A DNA stretch of 64,000 bases from Clostridia bacterium (GCA_036652795.1 JAVVVD010000001.1:230156-294155), one strand, 5' to 3'. Positions 39,352 through 50,644 are shown, counted from the stretch's first letter. The notes: a model not told the origin generated them from the sequence alone. Translations and numbers: made by a program.

Positions 39352-41325
39352 ATGGCAAAAGATTACAGCGTAAGCGATATAAAAATAATGGAAGGTCTTG
39401 AAGCGGTACGTATGCGGCCAGGTATGTACATTGGCAGCACAGGTCTGCGCGGTCTGCACCATATACTGTGGGAGATAGTAGACAACGCCGTGGATGAAGC
39501 GGCAAACGGATATGCCGATGAAATAAATGTTACGCTGCATCGTGATTTTTCAGTGACTGTGGAGGATAATGGTCGTGGAATACCTGTGGGGATACATGAA
39601 AAGCTTGGCGTTAGTGGTGTTGAGGTGGTTTTTACTCAGCTGCATGCAGGTGGTAAATTTGACAATGATTCATACGGCTATTCCGGCGGCTTGCACGGAG
39701 TGGGCGCATCTGTGGTAAACGCTCTATCGGAATATGTTGATGTAACAGTATTCACTGAAGGCCGGATATACCAACAACGGTTCCGCAGTTATGTGGATTC
39801 ACAGGGAAAGATGCAGTGCGGCAAACCTATGGCACCACTTACGGAAACAGGGCGCACGCGCAGGCAAGGCTCAATCGTAACATTTTTGCCTGATAAGTGC
39901 GTGTTCGAAACATTGGATATGAATTTTGAAACAATTGCCAAGCGGCTGCGCGAGTTGGCATACCTAAATAAGGGTATATGCTTTAAGCTTGAGGATCAAC
40001 GTGAGCGCGGCAACAAGCGCACAAAGGAATATAAATTTGACGGTGGCTTGTCGGATTTTGTGTCCTACATGAACGAAGATAAAACTCCGTTGTATTCTGA
40101 GCCCATCTACTTTATTGGTAAGAAGGACGATATAGTTGTTGAGATTGCCATGCAGCATAACGACAGCTATTCAGAGAGCATATTTTCATACGTAAACAAT
40201 ATACCAACAACTGAAGGCGGAACGCATGAAACAGGCTTTAAGGCTGCGCTTACAAAAACGCTTAATGATTATTGCCGCAAAAATGATATTCTTAAAGACA
40301 AAGATCCTTCGCTCTCTGGGGAGGATTTTCGTGAGGGCCTTACTGCGATAATTTCATTGAAGATGCACAATATACAATTTGAAGGGCAGACAAAAACGCG
40401 CCTTGGAAACACTGAAGCACGTCCGGCGGTGGAATCGGTTATAATGGATAAGCTCACACCTTTTTTAGAGGATCTAAAAAATGCTGAAATTGCAAACAGC
40501 ATAGCTGATAAAGCACTAAAGGCGGCTAAGGTAAGGGAGAGCGCCCGCAAGGCAAAAAATATGGCGCGCGAAAAAAGCAAACTGGAAAATGCACCGTTGG
40601 TGGGCAAGCTCTCAAGCTGCACAGGCAGGGACCCTACGCAAAACGAGCTTTTCATTGTTGAAGGTGATTCTGCCGGTGGTAGTGCCAAGCAGGGCAGGGA
40701 CAGACGTTTTCAGGCGATACTGCCACTTAGAGGTAAACCGCTTAACGTGGAAAAAAAACGTATAGATCAGGTTCTTGCTAATGAGGAGTTCCGATCCATA
40801 ATAACGGCAATGGGTACGGGTATTGGAGAGGATTTTGATCTTGCCGGCTTGAAGTATAACAGGATAATAATATTGTCGGATGCGGATCAGGACGGCGCCC
40901 ATATCAGGGCTATACTGCTCACTTTTTTCTATCGATATATGAAAGAATTAATTATGGATGGGCATGTATTTATAGGTTTGCCTCCGCTGTACAAGGTGCA
41001 AAAGGGCAAGGATGAAAAGTATGCTTATTCAGATGTTGAGCTTGCCGATGCAATAACATTCATTGGCAAAGGATATTCGCTGCAACGCTATAAAGGTCTT
41101 GGCGAAATGAATCCTGAGCAGCTTTGGTCTACAACTATGAATCCGGAAAATCGTTCACTCATACGTGTTGGCATCGAGGATGCGGCCGATGTAGAGCATA
41201 TGGTTACGGTGCTTATGGGAGACAAGGTTGCGCCACGCAAGGAGTATATAAGCGAATTCGCAAACTTCAATAAAACTGATACATTTGAGGGTAAGGTTAC
41301 GACTGCGCCCTCGGTTACGGGGTAA
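39352..41325 (+). CDS. Type IIA topoisomerase B subunit (GyrB/ParE family, probably Topo IV-like)
   Basis: GLEAVR.RPGMYIG, EIVDNAVDE, EGDSAGGS, PLRGK, DADQDG, QRYKGLGEM. Confidence 0.93.
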   Translation: MAKDYSVSDIKIMEGLEAVRMRPGMYIGSTGLRGLHHILWEIVDNAVDEAANGYADEINVTLHRDFSVTVEDNGRGIPVGIHEKLGVSGVEVVFTQLHAGGKFDNDSYGYSGGLHGVGASVVNALSEYVDVTVFTEGRIYQQRFRSYVDSQGKMQCGKPMAPLTETGRTRRQGSIVTFLPDKCVFETLDMNFETIAKRLRELAYLNKGICFKLEDQRERGNKRTKEYKFDGGLSDFVSYMNEDKTPLYSEPIYFIGKKDDIVVEIAMQHNDSYSESIFSYVNNIPTTEGGTHETGFKAALTKTLNDYCRKNDILKDKDPSLSGEDFREGLTAIISLKMHNIQFEGQTKTRLGNTEARPAVESVIMDKLTPFLEDLKNAEIANSIADKALKAAKVRESARKAKNMAREKSKLENAPLVGKLSSCTGRDPTQNELFIVEGDSAGGSAKQGRDRRFQAILPLRGKPLNVEKKRIDQVLANEEFRSIITAMGTGIGEDFDLAGLKYNRIIILSDADQDGAHIRAILLTFFYRYMKELIMDGHVFIGLPPLYKVQKGKDEKYAYSDVELADAITFIGKGYSLQRYKGLGEMNPEQLWSTTMNPENRSLIRVGIEDAADVEHMVTVLMGDKVAPRKEYISEFANFNKTDTFEGKVTTAPSVTG

Positions 41326-41331
41326 GAGAAT

Positions 41332-43749
41332 ATGACAAAAAAAACAGAAGCCACACCTGATCTAACTGGTGGCAATATAATAAATAGGACGATGGATGAG
41401 GTTATGCACTCATCCATGTTGCCGTATGCGGAGTATGTAATACTCGAGCGTGCACTGCCGCGGGTTGAGGATGGCCTAAAGCCAGTTCAGCGTCGTATAC
41501 TCTATACAATGTTGGAGCTTTCACTATCGCCTGATAAACCGCATAGAAAAAGTGCGCGTATAGTAGGTGACTGCCTTGGTAAATACCATCCACATGGCGA
41601 TAGCTCTGTTTATGATGCAATGGTGCGCATGGCACAGGATTTCAACATGCAGATGCCGCTTGTGGATGGCCACGGCAACTATGGCAGCGTTGATGGCGAT
41701 ACCGCAGCAGCAATGCGATATACAGAAGCGCGCATGACACCGCTGGCGATGGAGCTTCTTCGCGATATAGAAAAGGATACTGTAAAATTCAGTCTCAACT
41801 TTGACGATACGTTAAAGGAACCTGATTTGCTGCCTGGAAGGTATCCAAACCTGCTTGTAAACGGCGCTAGCGGCATAGCCGTGGGTCTTGCGACAAACAT
41901 ACCGCCGCACAACCTAAACGAGGCTATAGACGCTGTGGTAATGCAGATGAACGACCCTGATGTGAGCCTTGATGCTCTTATGAACGTGTTACCTTGCCCG
42001 GACTTCCCAACAGGTGGTTATCTGCTGGATTCAAGTGAGATAAAGACGGCGTATGAGACAGGCCGTGGCAAAATAATCATGCGCGCTAAGACCGAGATAG
42101 AACCGCTCAAAAACGGCAAAAAGCTTATCGTCATACACGAGCTGCCATATCAGGTTAATAAGGCCAAGGCACTTGAAAATATACTTAAGCTAAGCCAGGA
42201 GAAGAAGCTGTTGTTTTCCGGTATAGGCGACATACGTGATGAATCGGACCGTACGGGCATGCGCGCGGTAATAGAGGTCAAAAAGGACGCGGACGCGGAA
42301 AAAATACTTCAATACCTATTCAAGTACTCAGATCTGCAAATGACATTTGGAGTGAATATGGTTGCCATAGCCAATGGTAAACCACAGCAGATGGGTTTAA
42401 AACAGATACTTAGCCACTATATAGCGCACCAAGAGGATGTTGTAAGGCGCAGAACAAAATTCGAATTAGATGCCGCCAAGCGTAGAGAGCACATTTTAGA
42501 AGGCCTAGCCATCGCTATACTAAACATCGATGAAGTGATAGCACTTATCAGGGCCTCAAAAACGCCAAAGGATGCACGCGAGGGGCTGATGGCACGCTTT
42601 GCTTTGAGCGAAGTTCAAGCTCAAGCAATACTTGATCTTCGATTGCAGAGACTCACAAACCTTGAACTTGTGGCTATACAAAACGAATATAAAGAAATAA
42701 GAAAATTAATAAAAAATCTTGAAGCGATACTAAGCTCCGAAGAAAAACTTAAAGATGTGATAAAGGGCGAATTGGCAGAGATAAGGCGAAAATATGGCAT
42801 AGAACGACGTACAAAGCTGATATGCGCACAACAGGAGATCATTGTGGATGATAGTGACCTCAAGGTAGTTGAGGACGTTGCAATAGTGATATTCACAGAT
42901 GGAAGGCTGCGCAGAATTTCCGAACGGCAGTATAATGTGGAACAGATTGAGGATGAGAAACGCCTGTGTACACTACATACAACAACCGATGCGCGATTGC
43001 GGCTGTTTACCAACTACGGTGCCTGTCTTGTGCTGGATGTTGAGGAAATACCAGAATCAAAGGCGGCTTTGCGTGCCATAAATATAAACACGCTGTTGGC
43101 GCTGGAGAGCGGAGAACGCATAGTTACATGCTTAGATAAGCTTCCTGATGGTAAACTGATGTTCTACACAAAGTATGGATATGTCAAGTGTACTGATACT
43201 AAGGAATATGAATCACGTGTAAAGCGGATTACAGCTGCTACCGTAAAGGAAGGCGATGAAATCATAAAGGTAAAACTACGCTGTGAAGAAAGTGTGGTGC
43301 TAATTACACGTGCTGGCATGAGTATACGCTTCGATATAAATACGGTTCCAGAAATGGGTAGAGTCAGTGCGGGAGTGCGCTGCATTAAACTGGACGAGGG
43401 TGACGAAGTGGTTTTTGTTGAACAGATTGGATCTGAGGGCGAGATACTTACAATAACAGACAGCGGGTATGCCAAACGCAGTTTTGTGTTTGACTATGAG
43501 ATGCAAGGCCGCAACGGAAAGGGCATGAAAACATTCGACTTTAAAAAGAACGGGTCAAATGGAAAACAGATAGCGGCAGCTTTGTATGTACGTGAGCCAT
43601 TTGATTTTGTTATAGTGCAGGTGCATGGCTTGCGCACATTGGTAAATACAGAGCAGGTATTTATTGATAATCGTGCAGGTAAGGGAGCATTGCTGGTTAT
43701 GGCATTGCTTGACGACCTTGTTACTGATGCATACAGAAAACTGACATAA
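41332..43749 (+). CDS. Type IIA topoisomerase A subunit (GyrA/ParC family, probably Topo IV-like)
   Basis: [24 protein letters not shown] (catalytic Tyr), beta-pinwheel CTD without a canonical GyrA-box in the first blade. Confidence 0.93.
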   Translation: MTKKTEATPDLTGGNIINRTMDEVMHSSMLPYAEYVILERALPRVEDGLKPVQRRILYTMLELSLSPDKPHRKSARIVGDCLGKYHPHGDSSVYDAMVRMAQDFNMQMPLVDGHGNYGSVDGDTAAAMRYTEARMTPLAMELLRDIEKDTVKFSLNFDDTLKEPDLLPGRYPNLLVNGASGIAVGLATNIPPHNLNEAIDAVVMQMNDPDVSLDALMNVLPCPDFPTGGYLLDSSEIKTAYETGRGKIIMRAKTEIEPLKNGKKLIVIHELPYQVNKAKALENILKLSQEKKLLFSGIGDIRDESDRTGMRAVIEVKKDADAEKILQYLFKYSDLQMTFGVNMVAIANGKPQQMGLKQILSHYIAHQEDVVRRRTKFELDAAKRREHILEGLAIAILNIDEVIALIRASKTPKDAREGLMARFALSEVQAQAILDLRLQRLTNLELVAIQNEYKEIRKLIKNLEAILSSEEKLKDVIKGELAEIRRKYGIERRTKLICAQQEIIVDDSDLKVVEDVAIVIFTDGRLRRISERQYNVEQIEDEKRLCTLHTTTDARLRLFTNYGACLVLDVEEIPESKAALRAININTLLALESGERIVTCLDKLPDGKLMFYTKYGYVKCTDTKEYESRVKRITAATVKEGDEIIKVKLRCEESVVLITRAGMSIRFDINTVPEMGRVSAGVRCIKLDEGDEVVFVEQIGSEGEILTITDSGYAKRSFVFDYEMQGRNGKGMKTFDFKKNGSNGKQIAAALYVREPFDFVIVQVHGLRTLVNTEQVFIDNRAGKGALLVMALLDDLVTDAYRKLT

Positions 43750-43805
43750 TAACTTTTGCCCACGAATACTATTAAACACCAACGATAAGTAGGAGCGATA
43801 GTAGC

Positions 43806-44414
43806 GTGGGAGCATATGATACGAATTTAGTCCGCATATGCGGCACAGTTATTGAAGGCGCCGAATTTGACCACAGGTTATTCGGCGAAACATTTTATGT
43901 GATAAAGGTAATGGTGCCACGCCTTAGCGGCACTACGGACGTGTTGCCTGTTACACTCCCGGGACGCGCATGCACTGAGCTTCCTGAAGAAGGTGACAAA
44001 ATACACATTATGGGGCAGCTACGCTCCTATAACAAGCATACTGATAATGGCAGCAGGCTGATAATAAGCGTGTTTGCAAGGACGATAGAGCCGGCTGATG
44101 ACGAGTGCGAAGCATATAACGAGATAACCCTTAGCGGATATCTCTGCAAGCCAGTGATGTTGCGTACAACCCCGTTTTTGCGCGAGATAGGCGATATACT
44201 ACTTGCCGTTAACCGCTCATATAATAAGTCGGATTACCTGCCATGCATAGCATGGGGGCGCAACGCCCGCTTTGCGGCGGACTTGATGGTTGGCAGCCAT
44301 ATGCAGCTGTGTGGTAGATTACAAAGCAGGGAATACCAGAAATGCCTTGAAGATGGCACAATGGTATTGCGCACGGCCTATGAAGTATCATGTTCATCGC
44401 TTGAGCTGCTTTGA
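43806..44414 (+). CDS. SSB-like protein with two tandem OB folds
   Basis: Two repeats: N.V...G / RLSG..D..P / GQLRSYN and NEI...G / R...KSDYLPC..WG / GRLQSREY / TAYEVS. Confidence 0.8.
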   Translation: MGAYDTNLVRICGTVIEGAEFDHRLFGETFYVIKVMVPRLSGTTDVLPVTLPGRACTELPEEGDKIHIMGQLRSYNKHTDNGSRLIISVFARTIEPADDECEAYNEITLSGYLCKPVMLRTTPFLREIGDILLAVNRSYNKSDYLPCIAWGRNARFAADLMVGSHMQLCGRLQSREYQKCLEDGTMVLRTAYEVSCSSLELL

Positions 44415-44436
44415 GTAAAATTGTGAGGTGTTTTTT

Positions 44437-45183
44437 ATGCGTATTGTTAGAGTGATGGTTGATAATGAACGCTTTTATGCTGTGATGGCGGACAAGCTTA
44501 TGCGCCTGTCTGCTGCGCCATATGAGGGATTTATATATGATGGCAGACAATATGATATAGCTGAGGCAACGCTGCTTGCGCCGGCGGAGCCAAGCAAGCT
44601 TGTTTGCATAGGTAAAAACTATTGGGCGCACGCGCAGGAAATGAATGAGGGCAGTCCGGATGAACCGCTACTTTTTATCAAACCTAATACCTGCGTTATT
44701 GGGCATAATGGTGTAATATGCTATCCTGAAATAAGCCGCCGTGTGGATTATGAGGGCGAATTGGCAGTAGTGATAGGATCGCAGGCGTCAAATGTACAAG
44801 CGGGTCATGCCGCACAATACATATTTGGGTATACATGCGCCAATGATGTTACTGCACGCGATATTCAAAAAGGGGATAAGCAATGGACGCGTGGAAAGGG
44901 CTTTGACACATTTTGCCCAATAGGCCCATGGATAGAAACAGAGCTTGACGCGCAGCATGCGCATATAATCACACGCCTAAACGGCGAAATACGGCAGGAC
45001 TCAAATACCTTGCTCATGACGCATAGCATAGATAAGCTTGTATGCTATATAACCCAGTGTATGACACTGCTGCCTGGAGACATTGTGCTAACAGGTACGC
45101 CGGAGGGAATAGGTCCAATGCAACGCGGAGATACGGTTGAGGTTGAAATAGAAGGTATAGGGGTACTACAAAACACAATATGA
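44437..45183 (+). CDS. Fumarylacetoacetate hydrolase family protein
   Basis: IGKNY..H, VDYEGEL, NDVTARD, GKGFDTFCPIGP, LTGTPEG. Confidence 0.92.
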   Translation: MRIVRVMVDNERFYAVMADKLMRLSAAPYEGFIYDGRQYDIAEATLLAPAEPSKLVCIGKNYWAHAQEMNEGSPDEPLLFIKPNTCVIGHNGVICYPEISRRVDYEGELAVVIGSQASNVQAGHAAQYIFGYTCANDVTARDIQKGDKQWTRGKGFDTFCPIGPWIETELDAQHAHIITRLNGEIRQDSNTLLMTHSIDKLVCYITQCMTLLPGDIVLTGTPEGIGPMQRGDTVEVEIEGIGVLQNTI

Positions 45184-45189
45184 TATCGA

Positions 45190-46932
45190 ATGGAGATAAG
45201 TGCAGTGGCAATGGACGGATTAAGCCTGTATGCTTCGACTATCGAAATAGCCGCGCTTGCAGGTGGAAAAATAGATAAAATACAGCAGCCCGAACGGGAT
45301 GAGCTGATATTAAACATACGTAAAGACGGTGTAAATCACAGGCTGCTGCTTTCGGCATCAGCCTCACATTGCAGGGCGCAGCTTACAGATATAAAGCGTG
45401 ATAACCCTGCGGAACCGCCGATGTTCTGCATGTTGCTGCGCAAAAAGCTTACAGGTGGGCGAATGATTTCGGCAGTACAGCCTAATTTTGATCGGGTGCT
45501 AAATATCACTATAGAAGCACAGAACGATCTGGGCGATACGGTTAATTATACTCTTGTAGCGGAAATAATGGGAAAGTATTCGAACATAATTCTTGTAAAT
45601 GAAAAGGGCATAGTCCTAGACGCAATACGCCATGTTGGCATTGGCGTATCCAACAAGCGCCTTGTGATGCCAGGCCTTACATATGAATTGCCGCCGCAGC
45701 AGGATAAACGCGATCCGCGACAAGCACAGGAAGCAGATTTTGTTGCAGTACTCACGGAAGCCGGAGGCAGGGTGGATAAGATGCTATCCAGTGCGTTCTT
45801 TGGACTTTCACCGGTTATGGCAGGAGAGCTGTGTGCGAGCGTATGTACAGTAAACGACTGTTCTGCCCTTACAGATGAAGAAGCCGAGGAACTTGCAAAG
45901 CATCTGCGTATATTTTATTTTGATCTTACGCAGGGGCGCTTTAATCCATATCTTGTGCTAAATGAATATAATGAGCCGATGGGAGTGTTCCCATTTAAAC
46001 CTAATTCTGAACATATAAAACAAATGCCTACATTAGCATCGGCACTGGACTCATATTATGAACAATATGACATAGCTTCACGTATGCAACGGCACGGCGC
46101 ATCAATACGACGCATTTTGCAAAACAACATCGATCGCTGCGAAAAAAAGCTTGCCCTCTACAATGAAGCAATAGATTCCGAAAAGGATACGGAAAAGCTA
46201 AAGCTTTTTGGCGAGCTGATAACCGCAAATCTGCATATGCTTAAACAAGGCGCCGAAGAAGCGGCGCTGATTAACTACTATCTTGATCCGCCTGAGCCTA
46301 TTGTAATACCACTTGAAAGGCAGCTATCACCAAATGATAATGCGCAGCGGTATTATAAACGTTACCAAAAGGCCAAGGCAGCCAAGGAGATGGCCTTTAA
46401 ATACCGTGAGGAGACCTTGCGCGAGTTAGAATATCTTGACGGACAAATGGATAACCTTTCAAAATGCACCGCCATAGCTGAACTCAGCGAGCTGGGCGAT
46501 GAGCTTTGCGAGCAAGGCTACATAAAACGCGATAAAAAGCGTAAGGCACAGAAGGTTCCGGCAACAAAACCGATGCACTTCATATCGTCCGATGGAACAG
46601 AGATATTTGTTGGCAAAAATAACCGCCAAAATGATTACCTTACGCTAAGGCTGGCCGACGGGGATGATTATTGGCTCCACACTAAAAATATACCGGGATC
46701 GCATGTTATAATTAAAAATTCAGCCCCTTCCAAGCAGACACTCTATGAGGCGGCTATGCTAGCAGTATACTACAGCAAGGCACGAGGCAGTGAAAATGTG
46801 CCTGTGGATTTTACGCCGCGTAGATACGTTAAAAAGCCTGCTGGTGCAAAGCCAGGTATGGTTATATATACCACTAACCGCACGGCGTATGTAACGCCTG
46901 ATGAGGTGCTCATAAAGTCGCTGAATACATAG
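45190..46932 (+). CDS. rqcH: RqcH / NFACT (FbpA) ribosome quality-control protein
   Basis: MDG, PPMFCMLLRK.L, EIMGKYSN, VGKNN.QND, WLH...PGSHV, KKP.GAKPGMV; start may be a few codons downstream. Confidence 0.92.
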   Translation: MEISAVAMDGLSLYASTIEIAALAGGKIDKIQQPERDELILNIRKDGVNHRLLLSASASHCRAQLTDIKRDNPAEPPMFCMLLRKKLTGGRMISAVQPNFDRVLNITIEAQNDLGDTVNYTLVAEIMGKYSNIILVNEKGIVLDAIRHVGIGVSNKRLVMPGLTYELPPQQDKRDPRQAQEADFVAVLTEAGGRVDKMLSSAFFGLSPVMAGELCASVCTVNDCSALTDEEAEELAKHLRIFYFDLTQGRFNPYLVLNEYNEPMGVFPFKPNSEHIKQMPTLASALDSYYEQYDIASRMQRHGASIRRILQNNIDRCEKKLALYNEAIDSEKDTEKLKLFGELITANLHMLKQGAEEAALINYYLDPPEPIVIPLERQLSPNDNAQRYYKRYQKAKAAKEMAFKYREETLRELEYLDGQMDNLSKCTAIAELSELGDELCEQGYIKRDKKRKAQKVPATKPMHFISSDGTEIFVGKNNRQNDYLTLRLADGDDYWLHTKNIPGSHVIIKNSAPSKQTLYEAAMLAVYYSKARGSENVPVDFTPRRYVKKPAGAKPGMVIYTTNRTAYVTPDEVLIKSLNT

Positions 46933-46999
46933 GCACACCGGCATTTTTCACATTTGCGGCGAATATCCATATACAAAAACCGCGAATGGGGGATATTAT

Positions 47000-47947
47000 A
47001 TGTTAAAAAAGCTGGCTTGTGTGCTGTTATGTGCATTAATGCTATGTGTGACGCTATCCGGATGTTCAAAGCCTGAGATGGTAATGGACGAATATGATTC
47101 CTTATCAGGTGAAGCAGGTTACCGTAGAACAGTGTTGTACTATCCCTCTGACGACGGCTTTATAGTTCCAATAATGAAGCTGATACCATGGGAGGAGGGG
47201 ATAGGTAAAGCAGCTCTGAGCTATCTTACAGATACAACGGACAATAAGATTAGCGCCTCTATGATGGGATTAAAAACAATAATACCTGAAGGTACTCAGG
47301 TGTCGCTGCAAATACGCGATAAGAACGCCATAGTTAACCTTGCTAAGCTTCCAGAGCTTGCAGATGCGTCCACAGAGCAGCAGCTTGTTACGGCTATAGT
47401 TAATACATTAAGCGAATTTCCCACAATAGATACCGTAAGTTTTACGCTGGATGGCAAGTGCGTAAAGGCTCTGCCGCATGGTACGCGAATATCAGGCAGT
47501 ATGAGTGCGTTTTCGCTTAATATAGAGAAGAGCGAACTTGCTGTAAGTACTGATGACGCATATGCAATGACATTGTATTTCCCCAATAAAACTGGCAGTC
47601 TCAATGTTCCTGTAACGCGCTATACCGAAATTGAGCCTACGCTGAGTAGCCGTATAACTGCCCTTATAGAAGGACCACGTACAGACAGATTGATGAACTG
47701 CTTCCCGGAAGGTACAAAGCTCATCAGTGCCGAAATAGTGAATAATATAGCAAAGATCGATCTAAGCGCTGATTTTATAGCCGCAACAGAGCAAGATGGT
47801 ATGTTGCTTGCCGCATATGACGCGCTGTATCTGACAGCTGCACAGGCCGGGGAAGTGTATGCACTTGAGATATTTGCTCAGGGCAAGCCAGTGGATATGT
47901 CTGCAATGGAGGTCAGCGCCCCGATGTATGTCAATGAGTTTAAATAA
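47000..47947 (+). CDS. gerM: GerM-like spore lipoprotein (two GerMN domains)
   Basis: Lipobox LSGC, GIGKAAL..L, AIVNTLSEFPTI, ALIEGP. Confidence 0.8.
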   Translation: MLKKLACVLLCALMLCVTLSGCSKPEMVMDEYDSLSGEAGYRRTVLYYPSDDGFIVPIMKLIPWEEGIGKAALSYLTDTTDNKISASMMGLKTIIPEGTQVSLQIRDKNAIVNLAKLPELADASTEQQLVTAIVNTLSEFPTIDTVSFTLDGKCVKALPHGTRISGSMSAFSLNIEKSELAVSTDDAYAMTLYFPNKTGSLNVPVTRYTEIEPTLSSRITALIEGPRTDRLMNCFPEGTKLISAEIVNNIAKIDLSADFIAATEQDGMLLAAYDALYLTAAQAGEVYALEIFAQGKPVDMSAMEVSAPMYVNEFK

Positions 47948-47981
47948 ATTACTATTAAACATATGATAAGGAGAAGTTTGA

Positions 47982-48587
47982 GTGAAGCTGATAATTGCAT
48001 CAAACAACGCACATAAAGTGATGGAGATCAAAGCCATCCTCGCACCCTATTTTAGCAGTATACTTTCCCTCGCGGATGCTGGGTTAAAAATAGACGTTGT
48101 AGAGGATGGCAACACATTTGAAGCGAACGCAATTAAAAAAGCCGTTGAGGTGCTTGCACTAGTACAGAATCAGGACATTGCCGTGCTATCTGACGACAGC
48201 GGACTTATGGTGGACGCAATTAACGGTGCTCCTGGCGTGTACAGCGCACGATTTGCCGGAGAAGGTCACGATGATGAAGGCAACAATCGAAAGCTGTTGC
48301 AGCTTATGAATGATATTCCCGATGCACAGCGTACGTGTAGATTTGTAAGCGTTGTGGCTTTGGCCAGAAATAATAATATGCCAACGCTTATCGCCAGGGG
48401 CAGTGTTGAGGGGCGTCTACTGTGGCAGTATCGTGGGAATAACGGCTTTGGCTATGACCCGCTGTTTTTGTATGAACCACTTCAAAAGTCATTTGCTGAA
48501 CTTAACGCAGAGGAAAAAAATACGATAAGCCACAGAAAACAGGCTCTTGAAGCGCTGCGCAAACAATTGGAAAACGAAATACAATGA
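47982..48587 (+). CDS. rdgB: Non-canonical purine NTP pyrophosphatase RdgB/HAM1
   Basis: ASNN.HK..E, DDSGL, PGVYSAR, FGYDP, SHR. Confidence 0.95.
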   Translation: MKLIIASNNAHKVMEIKAILAPYFSSILSLADAGLKIDVVEDGNTFEANAIKKAVEVLALVQNQDIAVLSDDSGLMVDAINGAPGVYSARFAGEGHDDEGNNRKLLQLMNDIPDAQRTCRFVSVVALARNNNMPTLIARGSVEGRLLWQYRGNNGFGYDPLFLYEPLQKSFAELNAEEKNTISHRKQALEALRKQLENEIQ

Positions 48588-49057
48588 AGATAGGTGTTAT
48601 TGCAGATACTCATGGCGATACTCTTGCGTTACGGCGCGCGTTAGGCAGCCTTAAGGATGCGGAAGCCTGGATACATCTGGGGGATGTCGTTTCAGATGCA
48701 GCATTGCTTAGAAAACAATCTGGTGTTGCTGTATATAGCGTACGCGGAAATTGCGATTTTAGCGCATCAGCGGAGCTTGAACGGATTATAGAGCTTTGCG
48801 GTGTGCGTTTGTTTGCAGTTCATGGGCACAGCTATCATGTTGACTATGACCGTTCGGAGCTTTCCTATAGGGCGCAGGAGCTTGGCTGCATTGCGGCGCT
48901 CTATGGTCATACCCATATTTCACTAATTGAAAATGATGGTCGCACGCTAATGATAAATCCAGGCAGTCCATCAAAACCGCGGCATGGGCGAATGCCATCC
49001 ATAGCTGTACTGGAAATCAGTAATGGAGATATAAGTGCCAGAATAATGACAATATAA
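48584..49057 (+). CDS. YfcE/YsnB-type metallophosphoesterase
   Basis: DTHG, HLGD, GNCD, HGH, GHTH, NPGS. Confidence 0.92.
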   Translation: MKIGVIADTHGDTLALRRALGSLKDAEAWIHLGDVVSDAALLRKQSGVAVYSVRGNCDFSASAELERIIELCGVRLFAVHGHSYHVDYDRSELSYRAQELGCIAALYGHTHISLIENDGRTLMINPGSPSKPRHGRMPSIAVLEISNGDISARIMTI

Positions 49058-49086
49058 AAATGCCGTATAGCGACCTCTTTACAGGC

Positions 49087-49908
49087 CTAACCATGTGTGC
49101 GCCATAATATAAGACGTTTTTCTGCGTATGCTACGCCATAGTACATCAGCGCAGCAAGTGCGCATAACACAACTATACTTGCCATAACAAGATCCAATTG
49201 AAATACCTGTCCACCATATACGATAAGATAACCCAATCCGGCTTTTGATACCAGATATTCGCCAACTATAACACCTACCCAACTCATGCCAACGCTTATT
49301 TTTAGTGCACTCATTATTGTTGGTATGGAGGCAGGCAATACAACCATACCCAGTATTTGCAGTTTGCTTGCGCCTAGAGTACGCATCAACATCTGCTTTT
49401 CACCTGTAATTTCATTAAAACCAGATAAAACGCTCATTATTGTGACTATTAGTGATATCAATAGCGCCATAACGATTATGCTCTTAATTCCTGCGCCACA
49501 CCACACGATTAGTATAGGCCCTAAAGCAATCTTAGGCAGCGCATTTAACACCACAAGATATGGATCAAGTATGCGTGAAAGCGTGCTGCTCCACCATAGC
49601 AATATAGCCATAAGTGTACCAAATGCTGTTCCAAGTAAAAAACCAACTATGGTTTCAAATAGTGTTACACCAATGTGCATGAACAGATCTCCGCTCTGGT
49701 ATAATCTGATTATCGTTTGTATGAACCTTGATGGCGAGCTTGCAATAAACGAATCTATCACACCGATGCGCGCGAAAAGCTCCCAAAGTCCTATTATAAC
49801 TATGAGCAGTATATATTGCATCGCCACAACAAACCGATCTCTTTGCTTTATACCCATAAGATACCTGGTATGTTCAGGCGAATATGCGGACCGATTATGC
49901 TTCACCAT
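49087..49908 (-). CDS. NitT/TauT-family ABC transporter permease
   Basis: NALPKIALGP, EAA-like MRTLGASK.Q, WVGVIVGE...GLGY; start at 49908 after AAGGAG. Confidence 0.88.
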   Translation of the reverse strand: MVKHNRSAYSPEHTRYLMGIKQRDRFVVAMQYILLIVIIGLWELFARIGVIDSFIASSPSRFIQTIIRLYQSGDLFMHIGVTLFETIVGFLLGTAFGTLMAILLWWSSTLSRILDPYLVVLNALPKIALGPILIVWCGAGIKSIIVMALLISLIVTIMSVLSGFNEITGEKQMLMRTLGASKLQILGMVVLPASIPTIMSALKISVGMSWVGVIVGEYLVSKAGLGYLIVYGGQVFQLDLVMASIVVLCALAALMYYGVAYAEKRLILWRTHG

Positions 49909-50644
49909 CATCAAGCTCCTTCCATATAGTGTCGAAATAATCCTTGAATTCTGGAGCGTTGCGCCGCGCAATAGGCGAGGGCGGAGCGCTTAACTTGATA
50001 ATATGTTGATTTTTGAGGGATGCCGGTCGCTTTGAAAATACCAATATGCGATCGCTCATTGATATGGCCTCGGATATGTCATGCGTTACTAATATGGCCG
50101 TTTTATGCTGTGATTTAATTATAGAGTATATATCATCAGATATTTTAAGCCGCGTTTGAAAGTCCAATGCTGAGAATGGCTCATCCAAAAGTAATATTTG
50201 TGGAGAAACCGCAAGTGTGCGTATGAGCGCAACCTTTTGTCTCATGCCACCGGATAGTTGCCTAGGATAATGATTGCGAAACTCGCTTAACCCTGCGCTA
50301 TCGAGTAGCCTGAGTGCATAGGACCTGGTATCATCACTTAACATGTGCTTTACCTGAAGCCCAAGTATTATATTGCCCTCTATAGTGCGCCAATCCAGTA
50401 AATGATCGTGCTGAAGCATATATCCAGGTGAGTTGTCCTGAATATATACGCTGCCTTTTGTGGGCTTTATTAGCCCAGACAGCAGTGAGAGTATACTGGT
50501 TTTGCCGCATCCAGACGGACCGACTATCGCCACAAATTCACCATTACATACATCGAAACTAAGATTTTCTATGGCAAGCGTTTCTGCTGTTTTTTCATGA
50601 TAAATTAAGCTGACGTTTTTAACCTCAACTGTATTTTCTGCCAT
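49895..50644 (-). CDS. NitT/TauT-family ABC transporter ATPase
   Basis: GPSGCGKT, LSGGMRQ, LLDEPFSALD, VTHD. Confidence 0.92.
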   Translation of the reverse strand: MAENTVEVKNVSLIYHEKTAETLAIENLSFDVCNGEFVAIVGPSGCGKTSILSLLSGLIKPTKGSVYIQDNSPGYMLQHDHLLDWRTIEGNIILGLQVKHMLSDDTRSYALRLLDSAGLSEFRNHYPRQLSGGMRQKVALIRTLAVSPQILLLDEPFSALDFQTRLKISDDIYSIIKSQHKTAILVTHDISEAISMSDRILVFSKRPASLKNQHIIKLSAPPSPIARRNAPEFKDYFDTIWKELDDGEA

